Positions 33,495 through 40,681 of a DNA stretch of 40,681 bases are shown in pieces (the stretch's first letter is position 1; each line of letters begins with the position of its first letter). This DNA is from a virus (lineage: Duplodnaviria; Caudoviricetes), in IMG/VR virus record IMGVR_UViG_3300020045_006566, positions 1 through 40,681 of that record. The stretch is one strand, 5' to 3'. The position numbers were made by a program, and so were the translations under genes. Under the pieces are notes generated by a model. That model was not told the DNA's origin, did not search any database, and saw nothing but the letters and a program-made list of their open reading frames with translations.

Positions 33495-34559
33495 TTATTT
33501 CCCTCCCTGATTGGTGACGGCGATGCTGTACCGCTCTTTTCCGCGAGCGATGCGCTTTTCCTCGGTGTCGATGGACTCCGTGGGGTCATACCCTGCCGGG
33601 GCCCGCGCGGCGTTTTTGAGCGCCTGATTGACGACGGGTTTAACCGCGGGTTTGGCCGGGGCCGCGTTGGAACGCTGTTTCCCTTCGTCGACGGGGGCTT
33701 CTCCGCCTTCGTCCTGGACGGATTCGGCGTTCTCGAGGGTTTCGCCTTCACCTTCCGCCGCTCCGCCGCCGGTGTAACTCGCGATGAGGTCCGCGATGGT
33801 TACCTGCGTGCCGTCGGGGAGGGTTACCGGGGTTTCCGGGGCAACCTGTTCGGGTTCGCCGCCCTGTTTCTCCACGAAGTCGGAAATGAGCTCATGAAGC
33901 GGAACGGGGGTTCCGTTCACGTCTACCATGACCGCGTCGTCATTCGAGAGCGCTTTCATACCGCCGCCGCTTTCTTCGGGCTTTTTCTCGGGCACGGGTG
34001 CCGGAGCTTTCGCCGGAGCGGGATCGGCCATGTTTTTCTTAGCCTTGAAAAGATTGATTCCGGGCAAGTTGATGCCTCCTTTCTTACTGTTTGCATAAAT
34101 CCGTGATCCCTCGTATCGGGGACGCGGAACGATTGCCATGTGCATATAGTGGCCGTTGATGACTTCCCCGTCATAGGGAATCTGGTGCCACTCTCCGCCG
34201 TCCGCCTCTTCCTCGGGAAAATACGCGCACGATACGGAATATCCGTTTTCTATCGCTTTTTGCGCGTTCTCGTCCCATACAGACACGTCGACGTACTGCC
34301 AGCCGTCAGGTTCCCATGTCGGAATTCCGGTAACGATGCCGCTCGCGGGATTTGCGCCGATGTCCTCGAAATTGAACGCGTTCGTCTTGTCCGAGTTATC
34401 ATGCTGCTCGGGTATGAAGATTACGGGACAATTTCGAAATGACGGGCCCATACGATCCAACGCCTCGCGAGAGACAAGGACCGTACCCTGTTTGGTATCC
34501 TCATAGGAAATGACGCCGGGTTCGATGAATCGGCATTTGTAGCTCTTTGGTTCAGCCAT
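33495..34559 (-). CDS. Prohead protease/scaffold (DUF2213-like)
   Basis: G...Y, H, VSCAY and H.AIV..PRY motifs; acidic, Pro/Ala-rich C-terminal scaffold. Confidence 0.85.
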   Translation of the reverse strand: MAEPKSYKCRFIEPGVISYEDTKQGTVLVSREALDRMGPSFRNCPVIFIPEQHDNSDKTNAFNFEDIGANPASGIVTGIPTWEPDGWQYVDVSVWDENAQKAIENGYSVSCAYFPEEEADGGEWHQIPYDGEVINGHYMHMAIVPRPRYEGSRIYANSKKGGINLPGINLFKAKKNMADPAPAKAPAPVPEKKPEESGGGMKALSNDDAVMVDVNGTPVPLHELISDFVEKQGGEPEQVAPETPVTLPDGTQVTIADLIASYTGGGAAEGEGETLENAESVQDEGGEAPVDEGKQRSNAAPAKPAVKPVVNQALKNAARAPAGYDPTESIDTEEKRIARGKERYSIAVTNQGGK

Positions 34560-34614
34560 TTGTGATAGTTTCCGCCCTATTTGTTAAATTGTCAAGTATT
34601 GTCATGTATTGCAA

Positions 34615-35547
34615 TTATTCCAGCACCCATATTTTTCCACAGCGGCAGCCAAAATCTTCCCCAGCGTGCGCCCGTCGGCCTGTTTTCAAGTCTACCACTC
34701 CGCCTGGCCCGTCGATGTCAAATACCTGGCCGTCAAGGTGTTTGTGGTTCGGCCCGCGCGGGTCTCGCCTTACCCGCTCATCGTGAGACGTAGACCAACG
34801 ATATCGCCTTACCCCGGTAGTCGCGGCTCTATTCATCGACAGCTTGGAGAAAAAGAGGCTTGTTTCCTGACGGGCGAGAAATTGCGCCTTGTTCGCGGAT
34901 ACCTGGTATTCCCGCTGGATGAGGTCGCGGATGGCTTCGTCGGTGCCGGTCGTCTGGTATTTCTCGACCATATCGCGGAGGCGTTTCACCTGTTCTGGCG
35001 CCCATCCCTTGACGTTCAATACCTGCGAATCGTTGTAATCCCGTTTTAGCTTCGCTGCGGTCTTCTTGTCGATGTCGGGCATGACGCCGATATTGTGGAG
35101 GTCGCGCTTGATGTCGTCACCCATAGCGAAAAGCGGCAAATCTGACCCGAACGATGCCGCGCGGATAGCCTGATCGATGGTCGCCTCGGCCTTCTCGATC
35201 GACGCCTTGAGCTTCGCGGTGAGGGCCTCGCGATTCCCTTCTGCCTGAATACTCGCCCCAATAACCTCGGCCGGCGGTCGGCCTTTCCATGTTCCTGATC
35301 GCTTGTCGAAAGTTGCGAACCGGGAAAGCTCGTTCGAGATCGTCATGTTGAATGCTCCGGTAAACACGCCGTCTTTGTACTGGACGCGGCCCGAATTGAT
35401 CGCGGACACGAGGGCGGAGGTAGCCGCGTTGAGCTTTACGGCCGGTTTATCTATTTCGGCGAGAATGGGCGCGAAATAGTGCCGGTAGAGAAAATCGAGG
35501 ATACACCCGGCTACGGGTTCGAAATAGGACGGCTTAACCTTGAGCAT
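34615..35547 (-). CDS. Head morphogenesis protein (SPP1 gp7 / Mu F-like)
   Basis: A.F.AR.ET, Y.W.TS.DERVR, H..LDG..F and GEDFGCRC motifs. Confidence 0.92.
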   Translation of the reverse strand: MLKVKPSYFEPVAGCILDFLYRHYFAPILAEIDKPAVKLNAATSALVSAINSGRVQYKDGVFTGAFNMTISNELSRFATFDKRSGTWKGRPPAEVIGASIQAEGNREALTAKLKASIEKAEATIDQAIRAASFGSDLPLFAMGDDIKRDLHNIGVMPDIDKKTAAKLKRDYNDSQVLNVKGWAPEQVKRLRDMVEKYQTTGTDEAIRDLIQREYQVSANKAQFLARQETSLFFSKLSMNRAATTGVRRYRWSTSHDERVRRDPRGPNHKHLDGQVFDIDGPGGVVDLKTGRRAHAGEDFGCRCGKIWVLE

Positions 35548-36952
35548 TCTTACCCGTGACCTTCGCCTTCACGCTCGCGGCAAAGTCCCCTGCTTTCTTG
35601 AATATCGACACGTTACCGGCAGTCGGTGACTCGGCGGCCTGACCTCCCGGCGGTATCGGGTTGGAGTTCGCCATAGCGGCAAGCTCGGCCGATATGATTC
35701 CCTCTTTCGCGGCTTCGTCGGCAATGGCCTTTCCGTCGGTGATGATTCCCCGGTCAAAAAATGAAACGATGACGTTCGCCTTACTCTCGCGGATCTGCGC
35801 GGCTTCGAGCTCGGGCAGTACCTTGAGATTCGGGAATTTGATCGTAAATGACGGGTCGCGGCCCCAGAGGTTGAGGCACGCGATACGGACAAGCTGGCGC
35901 ACGTCGCGCTTGAGCGGCTCTTGCACGTCGGACTTGACCATCTGGTTGTAGTTGTCCATGTCGCTCTCGCCGGTCGAGAATCCTGACGCGGACAAGCCGA
36001 AAAGTTTCGTCATGGGCATACGGAGGGCGGACGCTACGCCGATTCGGTTTTCGCGCTTAACCTCGGCCAGTCCGGTGAAGGAAAGTTGTTTCGACTCGAA
36101 TTCCTCATCCTTGTCGAGCACGAGGGCGTTTACGTAAGATTTTATCTTGTTGGCTTCCTGAATGCGGTTGCGGACGACTTCCACGCCGCCCGCGGTCGCG
36201 AGTTTGTTCGCCAGCCCCATGATGTGGTAAATGTCAAGTTTCGACTCGTCCAGGATCTCGAAGAGGACGTCATCGGTCTTAAAATAGAGCTGGAGGTCGC
36301 GGATCATGCGTTCGGCTTCGCTCATGCCCCATCCGCGCAGCTGGCGACGGATATACGCGGGCGCCCGCTTGCCGTACCCGAGAATGAGGCGCGAGCGGTG
36401 TATTTCCTGCCCGTTGAGGTACATGGTGTCGGAATCCGCTATGTCTTCCTCGTTCATGAAGTTACCCGAGGTCGTACCGGCGATGGACAATTGCCAGCGG
36501 TCGACGTCGTAAAGCTCGATCGGGGCGCGGTACAATCTGCGTTCAAGCAAAGGTTTCGCGGGGTCCTGATCGGTATTTATGGCAAGGCCGCCGCCGCCGA
36601 ACAGACGCACCCATGTACGTGCGTCGATGAGTTTCTGAATGGCGTCATGGTCATCGAACCACTCCATGACCTTGTCGATGTCATCCGGACCCATTTCGCC
36701 GGACTCGATCTCGAAACCCTTCGCAAGCGCGTCCTGGATTGGCAGTTGCATGGCCGTCTGGAGGAGTCCGCACCCCGAATACATATACGTGAGCAATACC
36801 CGGTTAAGGGTAGCGAGGTTGTAGTTATTCGTGAAAGCTATGGTGTCATACCCGGAAAGGGTGCTCCCGCCGGTTCCGACAGGAGCAAGTCCGAGGGTCA
36901 GCTCCGAAAGGCTATTGTCTATCCGCGCGCGCGTGTGTTTTTTCTGGCTCAT
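35534..36952 (-). CDS. Portal protein (DUF1073-like), probably leaderless
   Basis: RLFGGG, IH.SR, WG.S, P.TKLFG.S..G..TGESD..NY motifs; follows TerL. Confidence 0.9.
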   Translation of the reverse strand: MSQKKHTRARIDNSLSELTLGLAPVGTGGSTLSGYDTIAFTNNYNLATLNRVLLTYMYSGCGLLQTAMQLPIQDALAKGFEIESGEMGPDDIDKVMEWFDDHDAIQKLIDARTWVRLFGGGGLAINTDQDPAKPLLERRLYRAPIELYDVDRWQLSIAGTTSGNFMNEEDIADSDTMYLNGQEIHRSRLILGYGKRAPAYIRRQLRGWGMSEAERMIRDLQLYFKTDDVLFEILDESKLDIYHIMGLANKLATAGGVEVVRNRIQEANKIKSYVNALVLDKDEEFESKQLSFTGLAEVKRENRIGVASALRMPMTKLFGLSASGFSTGESDMDNYNQMVKSDVQEPLKRDVRQLVRIACLNLWGRDPSFTIKFPNLKVLPELEAAQIRESKANVIVSFFDRGIITDGKAIADEAAKEGIISAELAAMANSNPIPPGGQAAESPTAGNVSIFKKAGDFAASVKAKVTGKNAQG

Positions 36953-36958
36953 ATTGCA

Positions 36959-36987
36959 ATAGTACCCCCGGTTTGATTATTTTGCAA
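36959..36987 (-). promoter_or_regulatory. sigma70-type promoter directly ahead of the portal ATG
   Basis: TTGCAA-N17-TACTAT-N6-ATG. Confidence 0.7.
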
Positions 36988-36991
36988 GGCT

Positions 36992-38245
36992 TCAGACAAC
37001 ATCGAGGATTGAGCGTTCCCCGGTATGCATTGCCATTTTCATAATAAACCCGTCGAGGCCGTGATCATCCCCATCCTGCAGTTTCGGCAACTGCTTCCCG
37101 TTTTTGTCACGCGCCCATGAATACGTCGAAAGTTCCTTGATGATGTCGGTCGATTCCTCCGTAACGTGTATCTGGTAGCCCTGTAGACGCATGGCGATGT
37201 CCTCTTTGTAGCCGGAATACTTCTTGACCCCTTTGATTCCGTTCAAGCCCATCCTGTAGAGGTCTCCGATGATGTCCGGACGCGCGGAGTCCGCCGTCAC
37301 TTCCTCGTATGGACCGACTCCGGCCGCCGTGAGCGCGTTATAAATATCCGTGTTGTAAAGGTCGGTGCTGTAAACGAGCTGTTGCAGCCATATTTCCCGT
37401 GTGGACTCGCGGAGCCACACCCGGACCGCCGCCGTGGGGTCGCCTGAAAACCCGAAGTCAAGTCCGATGCCCAGGGATTCCGGGTACACCTCGGGCGGAA
37501 CTTCCTTGACGGTATCCCAGTTCCGGAACACGACGCCTTCGAGCTTCGTGAACTCGCCGAGCGCCCATAGCTTGTACTTTTCGGGGTTCGTGTCTTTGTA
37601 CCCCTCGAGAACCCGCTTTGTCGCCTCGGGACAGAATGCGTTATCCTTGTACCATGTCCGCAAGATGAGCGCCCGGCCGGTCGGGGTTTCCGCGATGACG
37701 GCTTTTGACAGCTCGTGTGCGGTTTGGAGGAATCGTCGCTGAATCCAATGCAGCGAGCCGGGTATTTGCGGAACGGGGTTGTGCGTGAGGAATATCCGGC
37801 CGGGGTACTCGTTCGGGGACAATCCGGCGTCGATGGAGTCGAAGTCCGATTCGGCTATCTCGTTCGCTTCCTCGACATGGATGATGGTCGCGCCCTTGAG
37901 GGATTTCAGCTTTTCGGCGTCATCAAGTCCGAAGCCGCGGATTCGCGAGCCGTTCGGAAGGGTAATTTCCTTGTCGGTCTTGTTCACCTGGACAGGTATG
38001 CCGTTTCTGACAAAGAAGTCCAGGTACTCGGCATAGACTGAATCCTTGATGGTCGCGCCGACTTTGCGGATTATCGGGATGAAGTGACGGGGTTCCGAAA
38101 GGGCGGCCAAACATATCGCTTGTACCGTATCGTGACTCTTGCCTGATCTTCTTCCGCCGTAGATCTCGAAGTACCGGCAATCCTCGCGAAGCCGCCCGCC
38201 CTTAAAAAGTTGCTGGTAGACGGCGTTTATTTTGATTTCAGGCAT
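36992..38245 (-). CDS. terL: Terminase large subunit (PBSX family)
   Basis: Walker A YGGRRSGKS, GLDD.EKLKS, Walker B VEEA.E, GLDFGFS.DP, ADSARP and DH..D motifs; likely start MPEIKIN at 38245. Confidence 0.95.
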   Translation of the reverse strand: MPEIKINAVYQQLFKGGRLREDCRYFEIYGGRRSGKSHDTVQAICLAALSEPRHFIPIIRKVGATIKDSVYAEYLDFFVRNGIPVQVNKTDKEITLPNGSRIRGFGLDDAEKLKSLKGATIIHVEEANEIAESDFDSIDAGLSPNEYPGRIFLTHNPVPQIPGSLHWIQRRFLQTAHELSKAVIAETPTGRALILRTWYKDNAFCPEATKRVLEGYKDTNPEKYKLWALGEFTKLEGVVFRNWDTVKEVPPEVYPESLGIGLDFGFSGDPTAAVRVWLRESTREIWLQQLVYSTDLYNTDIYNALTAAGVGPYEEVTADSARPDIIGDLYRMGLNGIKGVKKYSGYKEDIAMRLQGYQIHVTEESTDIIKELSTYSWARDKNGKQLPKLQDGDDHGLDGFIMKMAMHTGERSILDVV

Positions 38246-38465
38246 TCGACCGGACCACGATGCACCCGCCGCCGGTCCGGTGCTTTTCCTGCTCGTCCGG
38301 GGCGAGCGCTTCGAACCTGGCGTAAAAGGCATAGAACCTTCGGCCGGCACGCTTCTTTGGGTCGCCGTTTTTCTTGAGCGGCCACGGCCCGCCGTAATTC
38401 GATACCTCGAAAGAAACGCCCTCGAACTCGTATGAACGCGGCCCGCATAGGTGAATGACTCCCAC
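38238..38465 (-). CDS. Hypothetical protein
   Basis: GTG start after AGGA; overlaps the TerL start. Confidence 0.55.
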   Translation of the reverse strand: MGVIHLCGPRSYEFEGVSFEVSNYGGPWPLKKNGDPKKRAGRRFYAFYARFEALAPDEQEKHRTGGGCIVVRSNA

Positions 38466-38467
38466 GG

Positions 38468-38803
38468 CTATTCCTGTTTTCTTGCCGATGCGCTGATCGA
38501 GAAAACCAAAAGAGCGATCATGGTCCACGCGCAACCTATTTTCACGAAACCGAGATAAAAGGCAGAAAAAACCATGAAGGATTCCCCGATTACGCTTGTC
38601 ACGTTGACGCGAATAGCCCTTTTCACTCCGTCGCGGACTTCTTTCGAGCCGAGTGACAAGAGAACCACAATCCAGATTGCAAGCTCCATACCGGCGAAAA
38701 TGCCGACGATTACAGCCGGAAACGATACGCCCGTCAGCTTGCTTGCCATGATTGACGCGAATAAAAACAGATTCCAAACGAGATACGGCAATTCCTTTTT
38801 CAT
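38468..38803 (-). CDS. Multi-TM membrane protein
   Basis: About four hydrophobic segments; GGGAG RBS. Confidence 0.7.
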   Translation of the reverse strand: MKKELPYLVWNLFLFASIMASKLTGVSFPAVIVGIFAGMELAIWIVVLLSLGSKEVRDGVKRAIRVNVTSVIGESFMVFSAFYLGFVKIGCAWTMIALLVFSISASARKQE

Positions 38804-38825
38804 AACACTCCCTTTTTTTTCGCTA

Positions 38826-39428
38826 TTACGATTTCACAAAGTTGACGGTAAAACTCCGGCTTTCCGGGTTTTTATCGGGGTCAACCTTCATGTCAAAAGG
38901 CTTGACCATCTGGATATACTTCTGGAGCATATCGAGCGCCTTGTCGCGGTCCGCGAGCTTGTACTCGACGTAGGTATCTCCCTGTGCCGTCATCTTCTCG
39001 TTTATCGCGTCGATGCACACCTGTAGCCCGCGCTTGCGAAGCTCCGCCGTGGTTATCGTTAAACGCCCATCAAGGTCGATGATTTCGGTCGGATCGTAGA
39101 ATGCCCGAGCTACCCACGTATCAAGAATCCGCTTTTCAAGAGGTATCCGTTTTTCCTTGAGGATGACGGCTATCTCGTTTGCAAACATTTGTTGTATCTT
39201 ATCATCCTTCAACAGACGCGAAGCCGAAGAATACGCCGTGTTTCCGGTTGTCCCGTATGCTTTTGTATACGCTTTCGCGGCGTCGTTAAAATCTTGCTCG
39301 ATGTAAAACCTGACAAAGTTAGCGCGTTTTTTTAATACGTCCGGCTTCAGTGATTCGTCATCTTTGGTCCGTCCCTTAGGCTTATCCTTTGCGGCCGCCG
39401 GTTTCTTCACGTCCTTTTTTATTGCCAT
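38826..39428 (-). CDS. terS: Terminase small subunit
   Basis: FV..Y....N.A.KAY..AY, ASRLL....I and KL.D..KAL..L motifs; upstream promoter TTGCCT-N17-TATAAT (39480-39452). Confidence 0.88.
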   Translation of the reverse strand: MAIKKDVKKPAAAKDKPKGRTKDDESLKPDVLKKRANFVRFYIEQDFNDAAKAYTKAYGTTGNTAYSSASRLLKDDKIQQMFANEIAVILKEKRIPLEKRILDTWVARAFYDPTEIIDLDGRLTITTAELRKRGLQVCIDAINEKMTAQGDTYVEYKLADRDKALDMLQKYIQMVKPFDMKVDPDKNPESRSFTVNFVKS

Positions 39429-39465
39429 ACTTCGGCCCTCCTGTCTGTTGTATTATAATGCACCG

Positions 39466-40084
39466 TCATGATTCAGGCAAGCATCCCCATTGATCTGCCA
39501 TAGCTTGGGCAATTCCAGGGAAAGTCTTTGCTCTTGCGCTTGCGTCTCTTATTTTTGAATCGGTGAAATATCTGGCCTTTCCTGTCGAATCAAAAGAAGT
39601 CGGCATCGGTTTTTCGACGCTTGTCCGATTATTGAAAAAGTCATCTTCATCAAAATGCTGTAATAACGGCAAGTTTTTTAGCCATAGCCAGGTTGTTTTC
39701 TGCTGCGAGTCTCCGAAGTAATACGGCTGTATCTCTTGCGAGTATTTCGCAATTACCGGACTGGCACACCCTTTTGGATTCTCAAGGCATATTCTGGGTA
39801 TGTCCGATTCCCATAAAATCCTAAAAAACTCCAACGCCTCAAGCCGTAATTTTATGCGCCCCGGATTATCCCAATGCCTCGTACCGGCATAACTAAGATA
39901 CGTGCAAGGCGGATGCCCTATCATAAGGTCATACCCCCCCCCCGATTATATCCAGGACAGACCCTTGATAATGAGGTCCCGGCGAGCTTGTCGGCAGCAA
40001 GTCGCAAGAAATTGCGTCATGGCCATTTCGGATAAAAGCGTCACGGACAATTCCAGAATATTCGCAAGCTACAAGTATTTTCAT
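39466..40084 (-). pseudogene. DNA cytosine methyltransferase-like gene, frameshifted at a G10 tract
   Basis: N-part MKILVACEYSG.VRDAF...GH.A.SCDL; C-part DLMIGHPPCTYL, ENP, IQPY.FG, K.T.LWL and R.KTF.GIA.AMA.QW. A G9 tract would fuse the two parts. Confidence 0.85.
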
Positions 40085-40681
40085 TCCCCTATCCTCTCCC
40101 CGAACCTTCCAAAATACCATTCCCGGTGCTCTGCTATGTCCCCTTCGTCATAATGACACTTCGGGCATGTCCCCATCGTTGAACTCCACTTATTTCCGCA
40201 GCAGGCGCATGTTTTTTCCGGTGCCTCGAATCCCCCGCGTTCCTTGTATTCCTCGGTCTTTTTCTTCTCGCCGTCGGTCGCCCGGCGTTTCTTTGTTGTC
40301 CAGGGGTCCGCCTTGTCGATGAACTGCTCGACGCCCTTTGCCATGAAGGTGGTGAATCCCTTGTACGGGAATATCTCATGATCTGCCGATTTTGAGATCC
40401 CGGCGTAATTCTGTATGGCCTTCTCGATTTCCTCATCGGTGTAGAACGATATGGCCCTCATGCAGTCCTCTCGCTCGAAGTCCCGGAAGTTAAGAACGGG
40501 GTAACGGCATTCAGGAAGTCCCATGTAATTCCATGCAGTCCGGAGTCGGTCGATACGTGCGCTTGAATCGTTCGGGATGTGAACATTCCTTTTTTGAGAA
40601 GAGGGGGCGGAGGGGGGCGACGGCTCGGCCGGCGCTTCTTCCTCTTCTCTTTCTTCTTGTGTATTTGAAGGTGGAGGTGAA
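40081..40681 (-). CDS. Replication initiator, 3' part with C-terminal Zn ribbon
   Basis: In-frame continuation of 510-1; CACCG...CPKC; ATGA-coupled to the MTase gene. Confidence 0.8.
   Translation of the reverse strand, partial: SPPPSNTQEEREEEEAPAEPSPPSAPSSQKRNVHIPNDSSARIDRLRTAWNYMGLPECRYPVLNFRDFEREDCMRAISFYTDEEIEKAIQNYAGISKSADHEIFPYKGFTTFMAKGVEQFIDKADPWTTKKRRATDGEKKKTEEYKERGGFEAPEKTCACCGNKWSSTMGTCPKCHYDEGDIAEHREWYFGRFGERIGE
40561..40681. repeat. Terminal direct repeat, copy 2
   Basis: Identical to 1-121. Confidence 0.97.

Noticed and set aside
31986-34106. 706-aa plus-strand ORF
   Set aside because: Antisense shadow of the capsid, decoration and scaffold genes, whose biased codons leave the opposite strand stop-free; no RBS or recognisable motifs.
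35534-36952. Anti-CBASS Acb1 function
   Set aside because: DUF1073 portals are often auto-labelled this way, but no appended 2H-phosphoesterase (paired HxT) domain is evident.
36086-36976. Long plus-strand ORFs opposite structural genes (also 13769-14500, 21355-22020, 16404-17051)
   Set aside because: Antisense shadows of well-supported minus-strand genes.
1-40681. Alternative genetic code or stop-codon recoding
   Set aside because: Core genes are full length under code 11, and no suppressor tRNA was found.

Overview
This window is an apparently complete, circularly permuted ~40,560-bp tailed-phage genome (bases 1-121 repeat exactly at 40561-40681). It has a contractile-tail (myovirus-type) gene set: terminases, DUF1073-type portal, DUF2213-type protease/scaffold, DUF2184-type capsid, DUF3383-type sheath, tube and baseplate J. 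Family names come from motif recognition and gene order, not database searches. The host is probably a spirochaete (Treponema-type SSB, DUF261-like peptidase, spirochaete-like attC; inference). It also encodes a DUF1376-type initiator spanning the junction, RecT-like and DUF1351 proteins, two DNA methyltransferases, a lysis module and two tRNAs; I recognised no integrase or CI-type repressor. Unusual features: (1) an integron-type cassette (Lar-family gene plus a well-formed attC) with no integron integrase; (2) two unrelated leader RNAs whose hairpin loops are complementary to terminator loops, ahead of an HNH-AP2 gene and an antirepressor/replication operon; (3) a G10-tract frameshift in the cytosine MTase; (4) several apparently leaderless genes, an ATC-initiated tape-measure gene, an initiator-like tRNA-Met lacking the 3 G-C pairs and an anti-SD small RNA; (5) a lipoprotein carrying two copies of the domain in the small post-tail-fibre protein; (6) a Maf/MptE-like enzyme fused to a copy of its neighbour's N-terminal domain.
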